Part shown: in pieces, positions 39,406 to 51,664 of the stretch
How the letters are laid out: every line of letters starts with the position of its first letter
Numbering within the stretch: position 1 is the stretch's first letter
NCBI GenBank assembly: GCA_028534125.1
Contig: CM052818.1
Span: 39,186,001-39,250,000 of the forward strand
DNA: 64,000 bases
Reading direction: 5' to 3'
Origin: Lama glama
Taxonomy: Eukaryota
Position numbers and translations under genes: made by a program
The notes under the pieces: model-generated
What the model was told of the DNA's origin: nothing
The model's database searches: none
The model's input: the letters and a program-made list of their open reading frames with translations, nothing else

Positions 39406-39600
39406 TCCTTTTCCTTTTGTTTTTTAACATTTTTTATTGATTCATAATAATTTTACAATGTTGTGTCAAATTCCAGTGTTCAGCACAATTTTTCAGTCAT
39501 ACATGGACATATACACACTCATTGTCACATTTCTTTCTTTCTTTTCTTTTCTTTCTTTCTTTTTTCCCTCTTTTTCTTTCTTTTTTCTTTTCTTTTTTGA
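39298..39600 (-). mobile_element. Very short L1 3' end (about 39416-39531) flanked on both sides by (TTTC)n/T-rich tracts
   Basis: TTTTAACATTTTTTATTGA...TTTACAATGTTGTGTCAAATTCCAGTGT matches the L1 3' end at 43416. Confidence 0.85.
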
Positions 39601-40179
39601 GCAAAACCTTATTGTGGAGTCCAAACCTTAAAGAGCTGACAAACAGAGGATTCACCTGTTCACCTCATGCAGGGATTTCCTCTTTGGGCCCCCTGTCCAG
39701 ACAGGGGTCTCTTCACATACATTTGCAAGGCCAAAATGTCAGGGCAGAGTCTAGTTTAGAAAAAGATTTCCTCTGGGTGAGTTTAAAGGCCTATGGGATT
39801 TATGTCATTTTTCCCATCTTTGGATGGAGAAGTAAGCAGGCCTGACTTCACTGCAAAGAAAAAGCTTGGCTTAGTGGAGCGATGGTGCTTCTTAATCGAC
39901 TCAACCTCATCCTGGTTCTCACAGTGCCCTGTGCCACCCCCATTTTCCCAAACTCCAACCCTGTCTTCCTCAGTCCCTGGCCTGGACTGTCCATCCCACA
40001 GCAAATGGGTGAGGCCACGCCACTCTTGAGCATCCTCTGGTCTTCATCCCGGCCCATCCCCCCTTATCATCATTTTTGCTCTAAAGTAGCCACCCCTGTG
40101 CCTGCAGCCCTCAAGAAGAAAAGGCTGGGACACATCGCTAATCTATGGAGCTGGCATTTAAAGCAAAGGCTTCAGTACA

Positions 40180-41050
40180 TGCCAAAAAATAGCAAAGATG
40201 TAGACCGAAATAAAAAGTTCATCTATTTCTTTTCAATCCCCTAATCACTCCGTTCCTCTTTTTGGAGGCAACCTCCTCCTCCCCCATAATAATGTCTTGT
40301 ATGTCCGTTGAGATATATACTATGTATCTGCAATCATAACCATGTATATTATTAAAAGTTTTTATAATAGTAGCATATTTTACATAGTGTCTTCAGCTGT
40401 TTTTTTTCCACTTAATAATTTGTCTTGGAGAGATATTATTTTAGTACAAATAGAACTGCCTTTCCTTTTTAATGGCTACTTAGCATTCCATTCATACCTT
40501 TGTTAATTTTATGTGTCAATTTGGCTGGGCCATGGGGTGTCCAGATATTTGGTCAAACATTATTCTGGATGTTTCTGTGAGGGTGTTTTTGGATAGGATT
40601 TACAGTTAAATTGGTGGACTTTGAGTAAGCAGATTGCCTTCCATAATGTGGGTGGGCCTCATCTAATCAGTTGAAGTCCCGAATGGAACAAAATCTGAGT
40701 GCAAGCAGAGTGTTTTTGAACTTGGGCTGCAACATGGGCTTCTTCCAGGCTCTCTAACCTGGATGCCTCTGGACTTGAACTGGAACTTTCCTGAGTCTCC
40801 AGCCTGCTGGCCTCCTTCAGCAGATTTTAGCATCACCAAACCTCAACAATCATATGAGCCAATTTCTTAAAATAAATCTCTTTTTCTATATATCCACATC
40901 CTATGGTTTCTCTGGAGAACCTGACCGATATAATATATAATCTACTTGACCTGGTCTCTATTAATGGACACTTAACTTTTTCATTGTTCCGCTATTACAA
41001 AGAACACTGCAATGAATATCTTTGTATGTAGGTTATTATGCAATGCCACA
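40180..41050 (-). mobile_element. Old L1ME-like 3' fragment interrupted by MLT2
   Basis: TTTTTAATGGCTACTTAGCATTCCATT lies before the LTR and CTATTAATGGACACTTA...GCTATTACAAAGAACACTGCAATGAATATC after it. Confidence 0.65.
40498..40931 (+). mobile_element. ERVL LTR, MLT2B-like
   Basis: GTTAATTTTATGTGTCAATTTGGCTGGGCCA...CCATAATGTGGGTGGGCCTCATCTAATCAGTTGAAG...TCTCTGGAGAACCTGAC. Confidence 0.9.
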
Positions 41051-41164
41051 CCTATGTTTTAAGCACTGTGGTATTTTGCTTCAGTATAAAGGAATGTAGA
41101 AAATCCTCTCCCCAAGCAATAGCCAGGCTAGCTGGGGTAATGTCTTCCTACATATCTTATTTTG

Positions 41165-41910
41165 AATGTCATTAGTCATTAGGGAAGCGCAAATTACAAG
41201 CATAATGAAATACCCCTTTACGCCCACTAGAATGGCTAAAATGATGAAGACTGGCTAGATTAAGTGTTGGTGAGAAGGCAAAGTGCTGGAACTCTCAAAC
41301 CTTGCTGGTGGGAGTGAAAATATTACAACTGTGTGGTAACAGTATGGCAGTTTCTAAAAAAGGTAAAAATATACTGATGATAGGACTCAGACATTTAATT
41401 CCTATAAACTTTCTGGAAAGAAATGCAAGCATATATCCACACAGAGACTTATGCACAAATGCTCACAGGAGCTTTCTTCATAATAGCCAAACACTGGAAA
41501 CAATCAAATGTGCATCACTGAGTAAATAAATGTATTGTGGGAGATCCATACAATGAAATATTACTCGGCAATAGAAAAGAATGGCTTACTGATCTACACA
41601 AGGGCAAGGATGAGTCCCAAAATAATTACGCAGAGTGAAAGAGAACAGACAAAACACAGGTAAATATTGTCTGACTCCATGTGTGTAAATTTCTAGAAAA
41701 TGCAAATTAATCTATAGTGACAGAAATCAAATTGATGCTTACCTGGGAACTGGTAGGGGAGCAAGGAAATTTTAGGGGGTAATGAATGTATTCGGTATCT
41801 TGACTGTGACGACTGTTCCACAGATGTCTACATAGGTAAAAAACTCATCAAATTGTACACTTTGAAGATGTAGTTATTGTAATTCTATTATATATTTTTA
41901 AAACTATAAA
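41165..41910 (+). mobile_element. L1MB/MC-like 3' fragment (end of ORF2 plus 3' UTR)
   Basis: CATTAGTCATTAGGGAAGCGCAAATTA...CACTAGAATGGCTAAAAT...CATAATAGCCAAACACTGGAAACAA...AAACTCATCAAATTGTACACTT. Confidence 0.85.
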
Positions 41911-43351
41911 AATCTCGAGTGTCAAAAGGTGTTAATGCTTTCTTCCTTTCTGTATTCCTTCTAGCACAATCTTAATCTTTCCCATGTAAATGAATGCTTC
42001 AGGAAAATTAGAGAATGTTACATACTCAAAAAGGCAAAAGGGCAAAGCACATTAATATTTTCCCAAAATATTACCCCCAGTTAGCTACAAGTTTATATTG
42101 TGAGTAAACCCCCTACCCCATACCCTGCTCATCTCTCATCACATTCAAAAGGCCAGAAGCAACACTATCCTGAACTGTCAGTTCCCCAGACACACCAGCT
42201 GTGGCCACTGTGACCTGCAGAGTGGGCAAAGCTGAGACCAGCTACAGCCTCCAGAGCAGGAGCTCACTGCTGGCCTTGAGGGCAGAAGCCTGAGAATGTC
42301 CATGGGGCTGATGCCTTTTGTTGCTCCAAGCTGAGCTCTCCCTCCCTGGCTGCAAGCTGTGGGAGGAGAACAATGAGTCAGAGCCACCGTGCAGCCTGCA
42401 AGAGACCAGCTGAGAGGCTGGGGCACTCCTCACTGCTGGCAGCCTGTGCAGATATCCTCCCACCAGGCCCAGACAGGCCTTCAGCAGCTGCCCCAGATAT
42501 AGGGCTGGATGCTGGATGAGCAATCAGAAGGTCCTGTTCCAAAGCAGCCAATCCCTCTTGGCACAAGCCAGAAGCAAGAAGAAAATGGATGCACGGAGTG
42601 AAGGAGGAAGGGCAGTCCACTCCAGGTTAGGGCTGAAAGGGTTCGACACTAGTATTCCAGCCCCACTTCATTCTAGAGAGGGGCAGGGGCTTTTTCAAAG
42701 TCTCATGCTCACTGCGGATCAACAAACTCTGAACCCTGTGGCTGGGATGGTCTGAGAGTAGAAGACACTTGGAAACTTTGTCTTCTATGTAATTTTCACT
42801 AACATCAGCTGTTGTTGCAGGGGACCCCCTCCCTCCCCATCCCAGCCTACTCCCAGCCCCTCGATCTACTGGGATCTACTGGGCTCATTCTGTTTCCCTT
42901 GGACTTCAGAGGACAATATTCTCCATTGTATAAACTGCACAAAAAAGGTCAACCAGTCTTGCCCATCCCCTGCTCACCCAACAGGGACAAACATTAATAG
43001 AATCTACATTATTTATTACTTTTATAGTCCAGGTATTTGGCAAGTTTATATTTGCAGAATAAAAAGAGGGATGTTTAAAGGCTCAGATCTTGAAAACAAA
43101 AAGGCAGAGGACTCTGGGTTCTTTAGTTTCACCTGCCCAAGCCCCCTTTTCAGCCCCCAGTTCCAAGGAGGGCTGGTAATTCTCCCAATTTGCAGGATTG
43201 TTTTAGCTCACAGACCCTAGATCCTTGTATTTCCTGGAGACTTACATGCTTGGTTATGCTTGACTATTTGTCTTCATTTCAGATGTTTAAGTGTAGCTGT
43301 TAATTGAGTAGTAAGGGCGGTAGAATGTTCCATTCTCAGTAAGATGTATTT

Positions 43352-44066
43352 GTTGGTTGGTTGGTTGGTTTTTTGCGGGGGTTTAGTAATTAGGTTTATT
43401 TATTCATTCATTTTTTTAACATTTTTTGTAGTGAGTTATAGTCAGTTCACAATGTTGTGTCTATTTCCAGTGTAGAGCACAATTTTTCAGTTATACATGA
43501 ACATACATATGTTCATTGTCATATTGTTTTTCACAAGATCTTGTATATATTTCCCTGTGCTATACAGTATAATCTTGGTTATCTATTCTACATGTGCCTG
43601 TCAGTATCTACAAATTTTGAACTCCCAGTCTGTCCCTTCCCACCCCCTCCCCCTTGGCAACCACAAGTTTGTAGTCTATGTCTATGAGTCTGTTTCTGTT
43701 TTGTATTTATGTTTCCCTACTTCAAAAAGACACCTGCACCCCAGTGTTCATAGCAGCACTATTTACAATAGCCAAGACATGGAAACAGCCTAAATGTCCA
43801 TTGACAGATGATTGGATAAAGAAGATGTGGTATATTTATACAATGGAATACTATTCAACCATAAAAATGACAACATAACACCATATGCAGCAACATGGAT
43901 GTCCCTGGAGAATGTCATTCTGAGTGAAATAAGTCAGAAAGAGAAAGAAAAATGCCGTATGAGATTGCTCATATGTAGAATCTATTTATTCATTTTTAAT
44001 GGAGGTACTGGGGATTGAACCCAGGACCTCGTGCATGCTAAGCTTGTACTCTAACCACTTCCCCCT
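43352..44066 (-). mobile_element. Vic-1-like SINE interrupted by an L1
   Basis: Tail at 43352-43415 and head at 43984-44066 (GGAGGTACTGGGGATTGAACCCAGGACC). 19-bp TSD TTCTCAG(T/C)AAGATGTATTT at 43333-43351 and 44067-44085. Confidence 0.9.
43416..43983 (-). mobile_element. Young camelid-type L1 with a 5' inversion
   Basis: 43416-43714 is the L1 3' end on the minus strand. 43715-43983 is the ORF2 C-terminus (KDTCTPVFIAALFTIAKTWKQPKCP) on the plus strand. TSD ATT(C/T)ATTCATTTTT at 43402-43415 and 43984-43997. Confidence 0.9.
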
Positions 44067-44407
44067 TTCTCAGCAAGATGTATTTAGAAGATCTTGCCAT
44101 TAAAAGTAACATCAGGTGAATAAAATGTGCAAAGAATCCCAAGATCAAGTAAAAATCAAGTAAATCAAGTAAAAGTACAAGTGAGGGATTGAAAAACCAG
44201 CAAAGGCAAAGTGTTCAGGAGCCTCATTTTACCTTGGCCAGAATGTGACTGAGAGTCAGGGTACATTAATTCTGCCTAGGTAGGAAATGCTTGATACACA
44301 TTGTCAAGGTCATGAAGGTCTGGACTAAAAAATTAGGGAGCCCCATTTCATAGTTTTCAGAAATAGCCTAGAGGCAACTGGTCAGACCAGAGGTGGCACA
44401 GAACAAG

Positions 44408-44797
44408 CTATTGGTCAGGGTTCAACCAGAGAAACAGAATGGGTAGGAAGTATTTATCAAGAGAATTATTGCACAGAATTGGCTTAGTGACTGCGGGTAC
44501 TGGCTGGGTAAAGCTGAAATCTGTAAGGAAAGCCATGAAGGAAGGCAGGTGGAATTCAGGGACATGGCTGGAAGCTACTGTCTACAGGTAGAATTCTTCT
44601 TCACAGAAGCCTCAGCTCTGCACTTGAAGCTTTCAGCTGATTGAAATAGGCCCACCCAGATTATCTAGGATGATCTATTTTACTTAAAGTCCACTGATTA
44701 TGGACTTCAATCATATCTATAAAATACTTGCACTGCAACACCTAGATTTATGTTTGATTGAATAAGTGGAGGCTGTTAAGCTGACACATAAAAAAAG
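44408..44797 (-). mobile_element. ERVL LTR, MLT2D-like
   Basis: TATTGGTCAGGGTTCAACCAGAGAAACAGAA...AGGCCCACCCAGATTAT...CAACACCTAGAT...AAGCTGACACATAAAA. Confidence 0.85.
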
Positions 44798-47404
44798 GCA
44801 TTGCAACAGATTCTGCCTGTTGACCTCGGTCTAAGACATTTTCACAAAGTCCTCCTGAGAAATCTGGACTAGTCAGTGAGGTGGCAGCTGGGACATCTAA
44901 GGGATAAGTCTCCCAGTGATGGGTGAATGGAGAGGCCCAGCACAGAATATCTAGCACTTCCCAGCTGTGTACCAGGTGGGACTTTACCCCATGGCATCCC
45001 AGGACAACCAGAGTATCAGAGCTGGGTAAGCCTTTAGACACTCTGAATCAAACTTTCACTGTCTATAGAGAAAAGTGGGTCCCAGATCAGTAGAATAGCC
45101 AAGACCAGCCAGAAAAAGAACCAAGATCTCCTGCAAGAATGGGGAAAAGAATTAGAAGACTGAGAGGATGAGGAAAGAAGGAGGAAAAAGGCCTGATGGA
45201 GAAGGAAAGGCAAACAGCCTCAAACCTCAGAGTCAAGAGGGACGCTGGGACTCTTTCAGTCTACCCCTAATTGCACAGCTGGGGAAACTGAGGCCCTAGA
45301 GGGGAAAGAAGTTCCTCAATGTCGTTCTGTGAGTTGAGGGTAGAACTGGAACTGAAGCCAGGTCCAGGTCTCCTGAGACGGTGCTGGTCCCCCCACTGCC
45401 CTCCCAGGGAGCTGGAGACACTAAAGGCCGCCCCCTCATTCTTGGGCATTTGGAGACTGGCGTTCTTGGAAAAGAAGAATCAATTCATTGATCTCAATAA
45501 TTAGTTTGGGAATCAGAGATCTGGGGCACTATGACATGAGAACAATTCCAAACTCAGTCTCTGACCTGAAAAAATGTAACCACCTCTGTCCTGTGACCGA
45601 GGTGTCATCCCCACCCCAGTCATCCATGCAAAGGGCGCCAGGGACGGGCTGAGGGGCTCGATGCTGGCCTGTCCCATCCCACCCTCCCAGTTCTCATCTG
45701 CAGAGGGACACAGGGCTCGGGACAGGAGTCCTGTGGATGGCAGGGCAGGGGCACACTCCTCTTGTTCCATCTTACAAATAGCAACATGGAGAACAGAGAA
45801 CTCACCAGCTCAGGGCTATCCAGCGAGCTCCTGGCTAAAACTGCAGTCCTCCAATTCTCAATTCAGCATCTTTGTTTTTTTTTTCTTCCCCCTCATTGTT
45901 TTCCAATCACTTGCAACTGATTCCAGCAGGGCAGCCCAGCGTCCAGACAGTGCTGTGGCAGTGCCTGAAAGTGTTCGTACTGTGCACTCGTTGCCAGATG
46001 GAAGGTAGGCAGGCTTGAGAGGGCCCAACAAGGCATCATTTAGCTGCTCAGACTCTTACATTAGAGGAGAAGTATTCAAGTATGGGGTTGAGATCTCATG
46101 CTTAAAAAAAAACTCACAGAGAGAAATACCGCGGGCCTCTGGGAGAAACGTGAGCCTGGGCCTGCTCGGAGGCTGTGTAAACAATGGTTATGAGCATGGC
46201 TAATCCCAAGCCCACTCAGGGCTCTGCAGGGTGCGTCAGCTCTGCCTGCAGCTCGTGAAATCCCTGTTCAAAACCGAACCCCTTTAGGGAGGACACTAGC
46301 CAGGCCAGAATGCCACCGTGGGTCAGGTCACACTGCTGCTCGGAGACACCCTGTGTCACGAAAGGTCACATTTCTGAATGACTAATGTTCATACCAGATA
46401 CCAAAGCTGGGCAGTAGCGGGTTTGCAGAACTCTAAAATACATGCTCTTCCAAGACTAAACAGTTCTTTTATCTGTGATTCAGGGTTGATGACCCCATTT
46501 CGGGATGGCCCATCCATCAGCAAATGTTTACCAAGCTGGGCTCAGCGCTAGGTGTTTTGGTATTTAAAGAGGTTTAGAAACTTGCCCTGGCCTGCCAGGA
46601 GCTGTCTAGCCGAGGTAGTTAAGACAAGCTCATACACCAATACTGAACAGAACCAGTCTGGGTGTGCACGGGAATGGCGCCCCCTGGAGTTGTGTGTCAT
46701 GACAGCCCTGGCCACTGTGGTCAAGGCTGGAGAGCTCAGGGGAGGAGAAGATCCCGGTGGCCTGAGCCGGTTGGGGAAGATGGCTGTTCACTGCCTGCAC
46801 CCCTCCTCTTCCTTTCTCCTGCTGGCAGTCACTGGCTGGGCCTTTTGCCAATGACAGAGGGCAGGACGCTTGGTGACGGGCCTGCTTCTGAAGGAGGAGG
46901 AGGGCATCCGCGTGGCAGGCAAGCCAGGTTGCATGTTCATGCCAATTTCCTCGGGGTTGTCTGCTGCATCACCCCGCCATAGCCAGCTGGCCCCTTGGCA
47001 AGTGTCCATGGCAGGTTTACAGGGGCCAGCTCTCTGGCCCCTTGCTACTTCCCATTTCTCTAACCAATTTTGTGATGTCAGGGGCAAAAGTAACCAGCTA
47101 GCTTTTCCAAGCATCTCTCCTGATACTTTCCCAGAGGGAGAGGTTTTACCTAAAAACGCTACTAAAATTTTACCATGATAGATAGCTTAATTTCAATGGA
47201 GTTAAGTGGTACCCTCCCCAGTCTCCTTTTCTGAAACACCAATCAGAAGGTGGGAGGACTTAAGTCATTATTACCCTGATGTGGATTGTTTGTTCAGCTT
47301 TGCTGCATCAACAGAAACTGAGTCTCCAGGAAAGGGCATGTCCTCAGGTCTGCCTGCTCTGAATCCTGCTGGAAAGTGTACCTTCTAAGAGGCCCACTGC
47401 CCTA

Positions 47405-47602
47405 CGTCCAGAAGACTGCCAGCAAGTCACCAGCAACTAGGTGAGAGGCATGGAACAGATTCTCCCTCGCAGCCCTCAGAAGAAACCAAGCCCTGGCAGG
47501 ACTTTGGACTTCTGGCCACCAGAGCCATGGGACAAAAAATTTCTGTTGTTTAAGCCATTCAGCTTGTGTTACTTTGTTATGGCAGCTCTAGCGGACTAAT
47601 GC
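47405..47602 (+). mobile_element. MLT1C-like LTR, 3' half
   Basis: GAGGCATGGAACAGATTCTCCCTC...ATTTCTGTTGTTTAAGCCA...ACTTTGTTATGGCAGC. Confidence 0.8.
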
Positions 47603-48614
47603 CTATGGCTTCTCAGTTTAATTATTTGTGTTGACATCTTTCTCCGCTATTCTGAAATAAGTCAGATTCCAGGACTGCGACCTCCAGTCCTGCTCACTCG
47701 AGTCCATTGACAAGGGGAGACAAGTACCTTCTCTTCAAGGTGACTCCATCTTAGGAAGCCTATGTTTGCTGATCCTTTCTGGACTCTGCTGCTGCCTGGG
47801 CCTCCCATTGCTTCACCACCTCCTCCTTTATGGCTTCTGGCTGATTTCAGCCGCTCTTAGCTGCGCTGATTCATATGTTGAAGGCTGTGGATTTCATCTG
47901 CTCCCAATTTTGCTAAGCATCAAGTTCACTGATTTGGTCATAATTCTTGAAGCTCTTATATAACTTAAAGAAGTAAAAACAGAAAGATGCTAAACCTATG
48001 TCACCATGTTCATCCCAGAAGTCCTGAAGGTTAAAATTTAACCGCACAAGCCCAATTAGTGATTATAGCCAAGCGCGTGGAAAAGTCATTTTCCCACGGT
48101 GATAATTACATAGCACTTTTCACGTTCACAGTACTTAGGCAACACTTAACAATTACTCCTCCCAATGCCCTGGAGCAATTAAAAATAAAAATCACACATT
48201 TAATTTGGCTAAAGGAGATAATTACCAATATTAGGAGACAAGAAATACTTTGAGGGATTGGAGGTGGATAATTAAATTGTGGTAGAAATATTTCAAGGCC
48301 TGATTGCCTTTTGTTTTCATGAGAGTAAAGAAATTAAAGCTTCAGTAGGAAGCAAACCTTACTTCAGTTTTACAAGTGAAGAAGCAGATTCAGACAAGAA
48401 GTTTCTTGTCTGGGCAAACACTCATTAGCCAATAATCTAAACTGAAATTAATGTGAGAACTGTATAAACCCACAGTATTAAGAATTTTGAAAATCTTAAA
48501 TCTGCTTTCCTTCCCTGTTAAAAAACTTGGCTGATATCAGCTCTTAGTTCCTCAAAGTCACCATTTCAAATATCAGTAATCATTGTCCACTGTGCTGGTT
48601 AGAAGGCTTACATT

Positions 48615-49350
48615 AATGGTTCTCAAACTTTTTGGTCTTAGAACCCTTTGCACTCTTAAAAATTATAGAGGACACCAAAGAGCTGTTTATCTGGGTTATA
48701 GGTATTTATAGTTACCATATTAGAAGTTAAAATTGAGAAAAACTTGAAGTATTTATAAATTCATTTAAAAATAACAATAATATGACTGGAAAAATAAGCT
48801 ATAGTATATATATATGTCTATAAACACACACAGTGGAATGCTACTCAGCCATAAAAAAGAATGAATGCCACTTGCAGCAACATAGATGGATCTAGAGATT
48901 GTCTTACTAAGTGGAGTAAATCAGACAGAGAAAAACAAATATCATATGATATCACTTATATGTGGAGTCTAAAAAAATGATATAAATGAAATTATTTACA
49001 AAACAGAGACATCTCACAGACATAGAAAACAAACTTATGGTTACCAAAGGGGAAGTGGGGGAAGGATAAATTGAGAGTTTGGGATTAGCAGATACAAACT
49101 ACTATATACAGAATTGATAAACAAAAAGGTCCTACTGTATAGCACAGGGAATTATATTTTAAAAATTTGTAATAACCTATAAAGAAAAAGAATATATATA
49201 GGTAGACTGAATCACTATGCTATACACCAGAAACTAACACAACATTGTAAATCAACTATACTTCAATTAAAAAGTGCTAAATCTATTAGATGTTAACATA
49301 GACAACATAATTTTATGAAAAATAATTACATTTTCCGAAATTTAAAAAAT
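48615..49350 (-). mobile_element. Charlie1-like hAT transposon end, interrupted by an L1
   Basis: TGGTTCTCAAACTTTTTGGTCTTAGAACCCTTTGCACTCTTAAAAATTAT...TTCATTTAAAAATAACAATAA, resuming after the L1 as ATGTTAACATAGACAACATAATTTTATGAAAAATAA. Confidence 0.8.
48825..49274 (+). mobile_element. Cetartiodactyl-type L1, 3' end
   Basis: GGAATGCTACTCAGCCATAAAAAAGAATGAA...ACAAACTTATGGTTACCAAAGGGGA...ACACAACATTGTAAATCAACTATACTTCAATTAAAAA. Confidence 0.92.
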
Positions 49351-49639
49351 AGCACCAATTTGGGGAGTATTGCCATTTTAGCAATATTGTTTTCCAAGCC
49401 ACTAACAGGGATGTCTTACCATTTTTGTAGATTTTCTTTAAACTCTTTCAACAATATTCTCTCTCTCTTTTCTGTCTGTAATTTCTTGCTTTCTACTGGT
49501 ACCTTCTCGTCAGCATATAATGTAGTTTCTACTGCATTAAAGGAAAACAAGAAAGAAAACAAACCTTCTGGATTCGAATTCCCTCCAACTCTCATCCTTT
49601 CTCTTTTATCTCCTTCCTTGAGAAACGTCTTGAGAATGT

Positions 49640-51100
49640 GATCTCTCCTCATCGTCTCCACTTCCTTCCTAATTTCTTTCTCTTCAGTCAGTTGCAGCTT
49701 GGCTTCAGTCTTTACCTCAACAGATTGCTCTGGACTAGATACTTAAGCTCTTCTGGTTAATTTCAGCAAGCACTTTTTCAGTCTTCATCTCCCCTGTTAC
49801 AGCATCTTATATGTTAATTGTTCTTAGTGCTAGAAATTCTTTCCTGGTTTCTAATTAACAACATACTCTTGTTTTCTGTGTATTCCCTAGCAGCTCCTCC
49901 TCTTTCTGCTCTGCAGTTCTCTCTCCCATTGTCTATCCTGTAAATGTTGCTGTTTCTCAGGGTTCTGTGTCGGGCTCTTTTCTTTTCTTTTCTCATTTAA
50001 CCTTCTCCCAATTGTCTTTTATTTGCAAGATGACTCCCCTATAAATATCATCAACTCAGATCTCACTCTTGAGCTTCAAGCCCTCTTATTCTGTTGCTAA
50101 GTAGACAAGTCTCTTGGAGAGTCTTTAACTATAACAAATTTAACATGTTCATTCTCTACTTACTCCTCTTCCACTTCCAGACCTAAGATAATATCCATCT
50201 AATCAGTTGCTTAAGCCAGAACTCCATTCTTTTTTTAAAATATATTTTTATTGACATATAGTCAGTTTACAATGATGTGTCAATTTCTGGTGTACAGCAC
50301 AATACTTCAGTCATATAGGAACATACATATATTTGTTTTCATATTCTTTTTCACAATAAATTACTTACTACAAGATATTGAATATGGTTCCCTGTGCTAT
50401 ACAGTATAAACTTGTTGTTTATTTTATATGTATTAGTATCTGCAAATCTCGAACTCCCAATTTATCCCTTCCCCTGCCCTTCCCCCGACCCTGTAACTAT
50501 AAATTTGTTTTCTATGTCTGTGAGTCTATTTCTGTTGTGTAAGTTCATTTTTTTTAAAGTTTCACATGTAAGTGATATCATGTGGTATTTTTCTTTCTCT
50601 TTCTGGCTTACTTCACTTAGAATAACATTATCCAGTTTTATCCATGTTGTTGCAAATGGCATTATTTTATTTTTTATGGCTGAGTAGTATTCCATTGTAT
50701 AAATATACCACAACTTCTTTATCTAGTCATCTGTAAATGGACATTTAGGTTGTTTCCATGTCTTGGCTATTGTAAATAGTGCAGAAGCCATTCTTGACTT
50801 CTTTCTCTGTTCCCCACTCTCATCCCTTCTGTCACCAACTCTGTCAATTACACCTCCTGAATAAAAATATCTCATATCTATACCTCTCCATTCTACTGCC
50901 ACCATCTTACTTAGTTTATGCCACTATCAGTCACACATATATTTCTTTGACAGACTCCTCTCTCCAATATGCCCACTTTAATCCATTCCCCATACTACAT
51001 CCAGAATAATCTTTCCAAAGTGCAAATCTGATAATGCAACTCCCTTGCTTAAAACCCTTCAATGGTCTCTCATACTTCACATGAAGTCCAAAATAGCTTA
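49640..51100 (+). mobile_element. L2 fragment interrupted by an L1
   Basis: Pyrimidine-rich L2 body: CAGATCTCACTCTTGAGCTTCAAG, CAGTTGCTTAAGCCAGAA and TAATCTTTCCAAAGTGCAAATCTGAT...CTTAAAACCCTTCAATGG. Confidence 0.75.
50230..50785 (-). mobile_element. Camelid-type L1, 3' end
   Basis: The minus strand encodes the ORF2 C-terminus (ALFTIAKTWKQPKCPFTDD; WYIYTMEYYSAIK). CCATTCTT is repeated at both flanks as a partial TSD. Confidence 0.92.
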
Positions 51101-51664
51101 TGTTAAGGCATATTACTTTAGAAAAATAAAATCATGACTCTCATACAAATATACACTTAACATGTGTCAAAGATTTTATTTATCCCTTTATTTAACGAGA
51201 GAACCAGTAGTTCGTTACAACCAGTTCAAAATAGAATTCAAAGTACCACACCTATGTAGGTCAATCAGAAATGTTGAAATAATTTACAAATAGATGCAAA
51301 ACTGGCTTTTCCCATGGGTGCTGGGAAAATGTATGTGCCTCTGTGGATCACAATTCATCTGCAGGTTTATAGACAAGAGATATCTTGCTATCAGTTATCT
51401 ATAATTTATAAGCTTTAAATGACTCCAAAGGCAAAGAAAGACACGAAGACCCTAGAATCAGATCATCCAGAAGGGTGACTTAAACAGCATACCCATTTGG
51501 CTTTTTGGTCCATGCCAAAGCCTTTCTCAACTTTCTCCTGCACTTATCAGGTCTTCTTGATCTGGCACAGGCTCTCCTGTTTCACCTCAGCTCTTACTCT
51601 TCTCTTCCCATTCCTCTCCCCAACTCTCCCCTGACCTTCATTTCTCTAACTGTACTAAATTTCT

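Noticed and set aside
43678..43878. ORFs resembling a conserved protein (also 50462-50905 and 62328-62525)
   Set aside because: C-terminal fragments of L1 ORF2 in truncated elements, not host genes.
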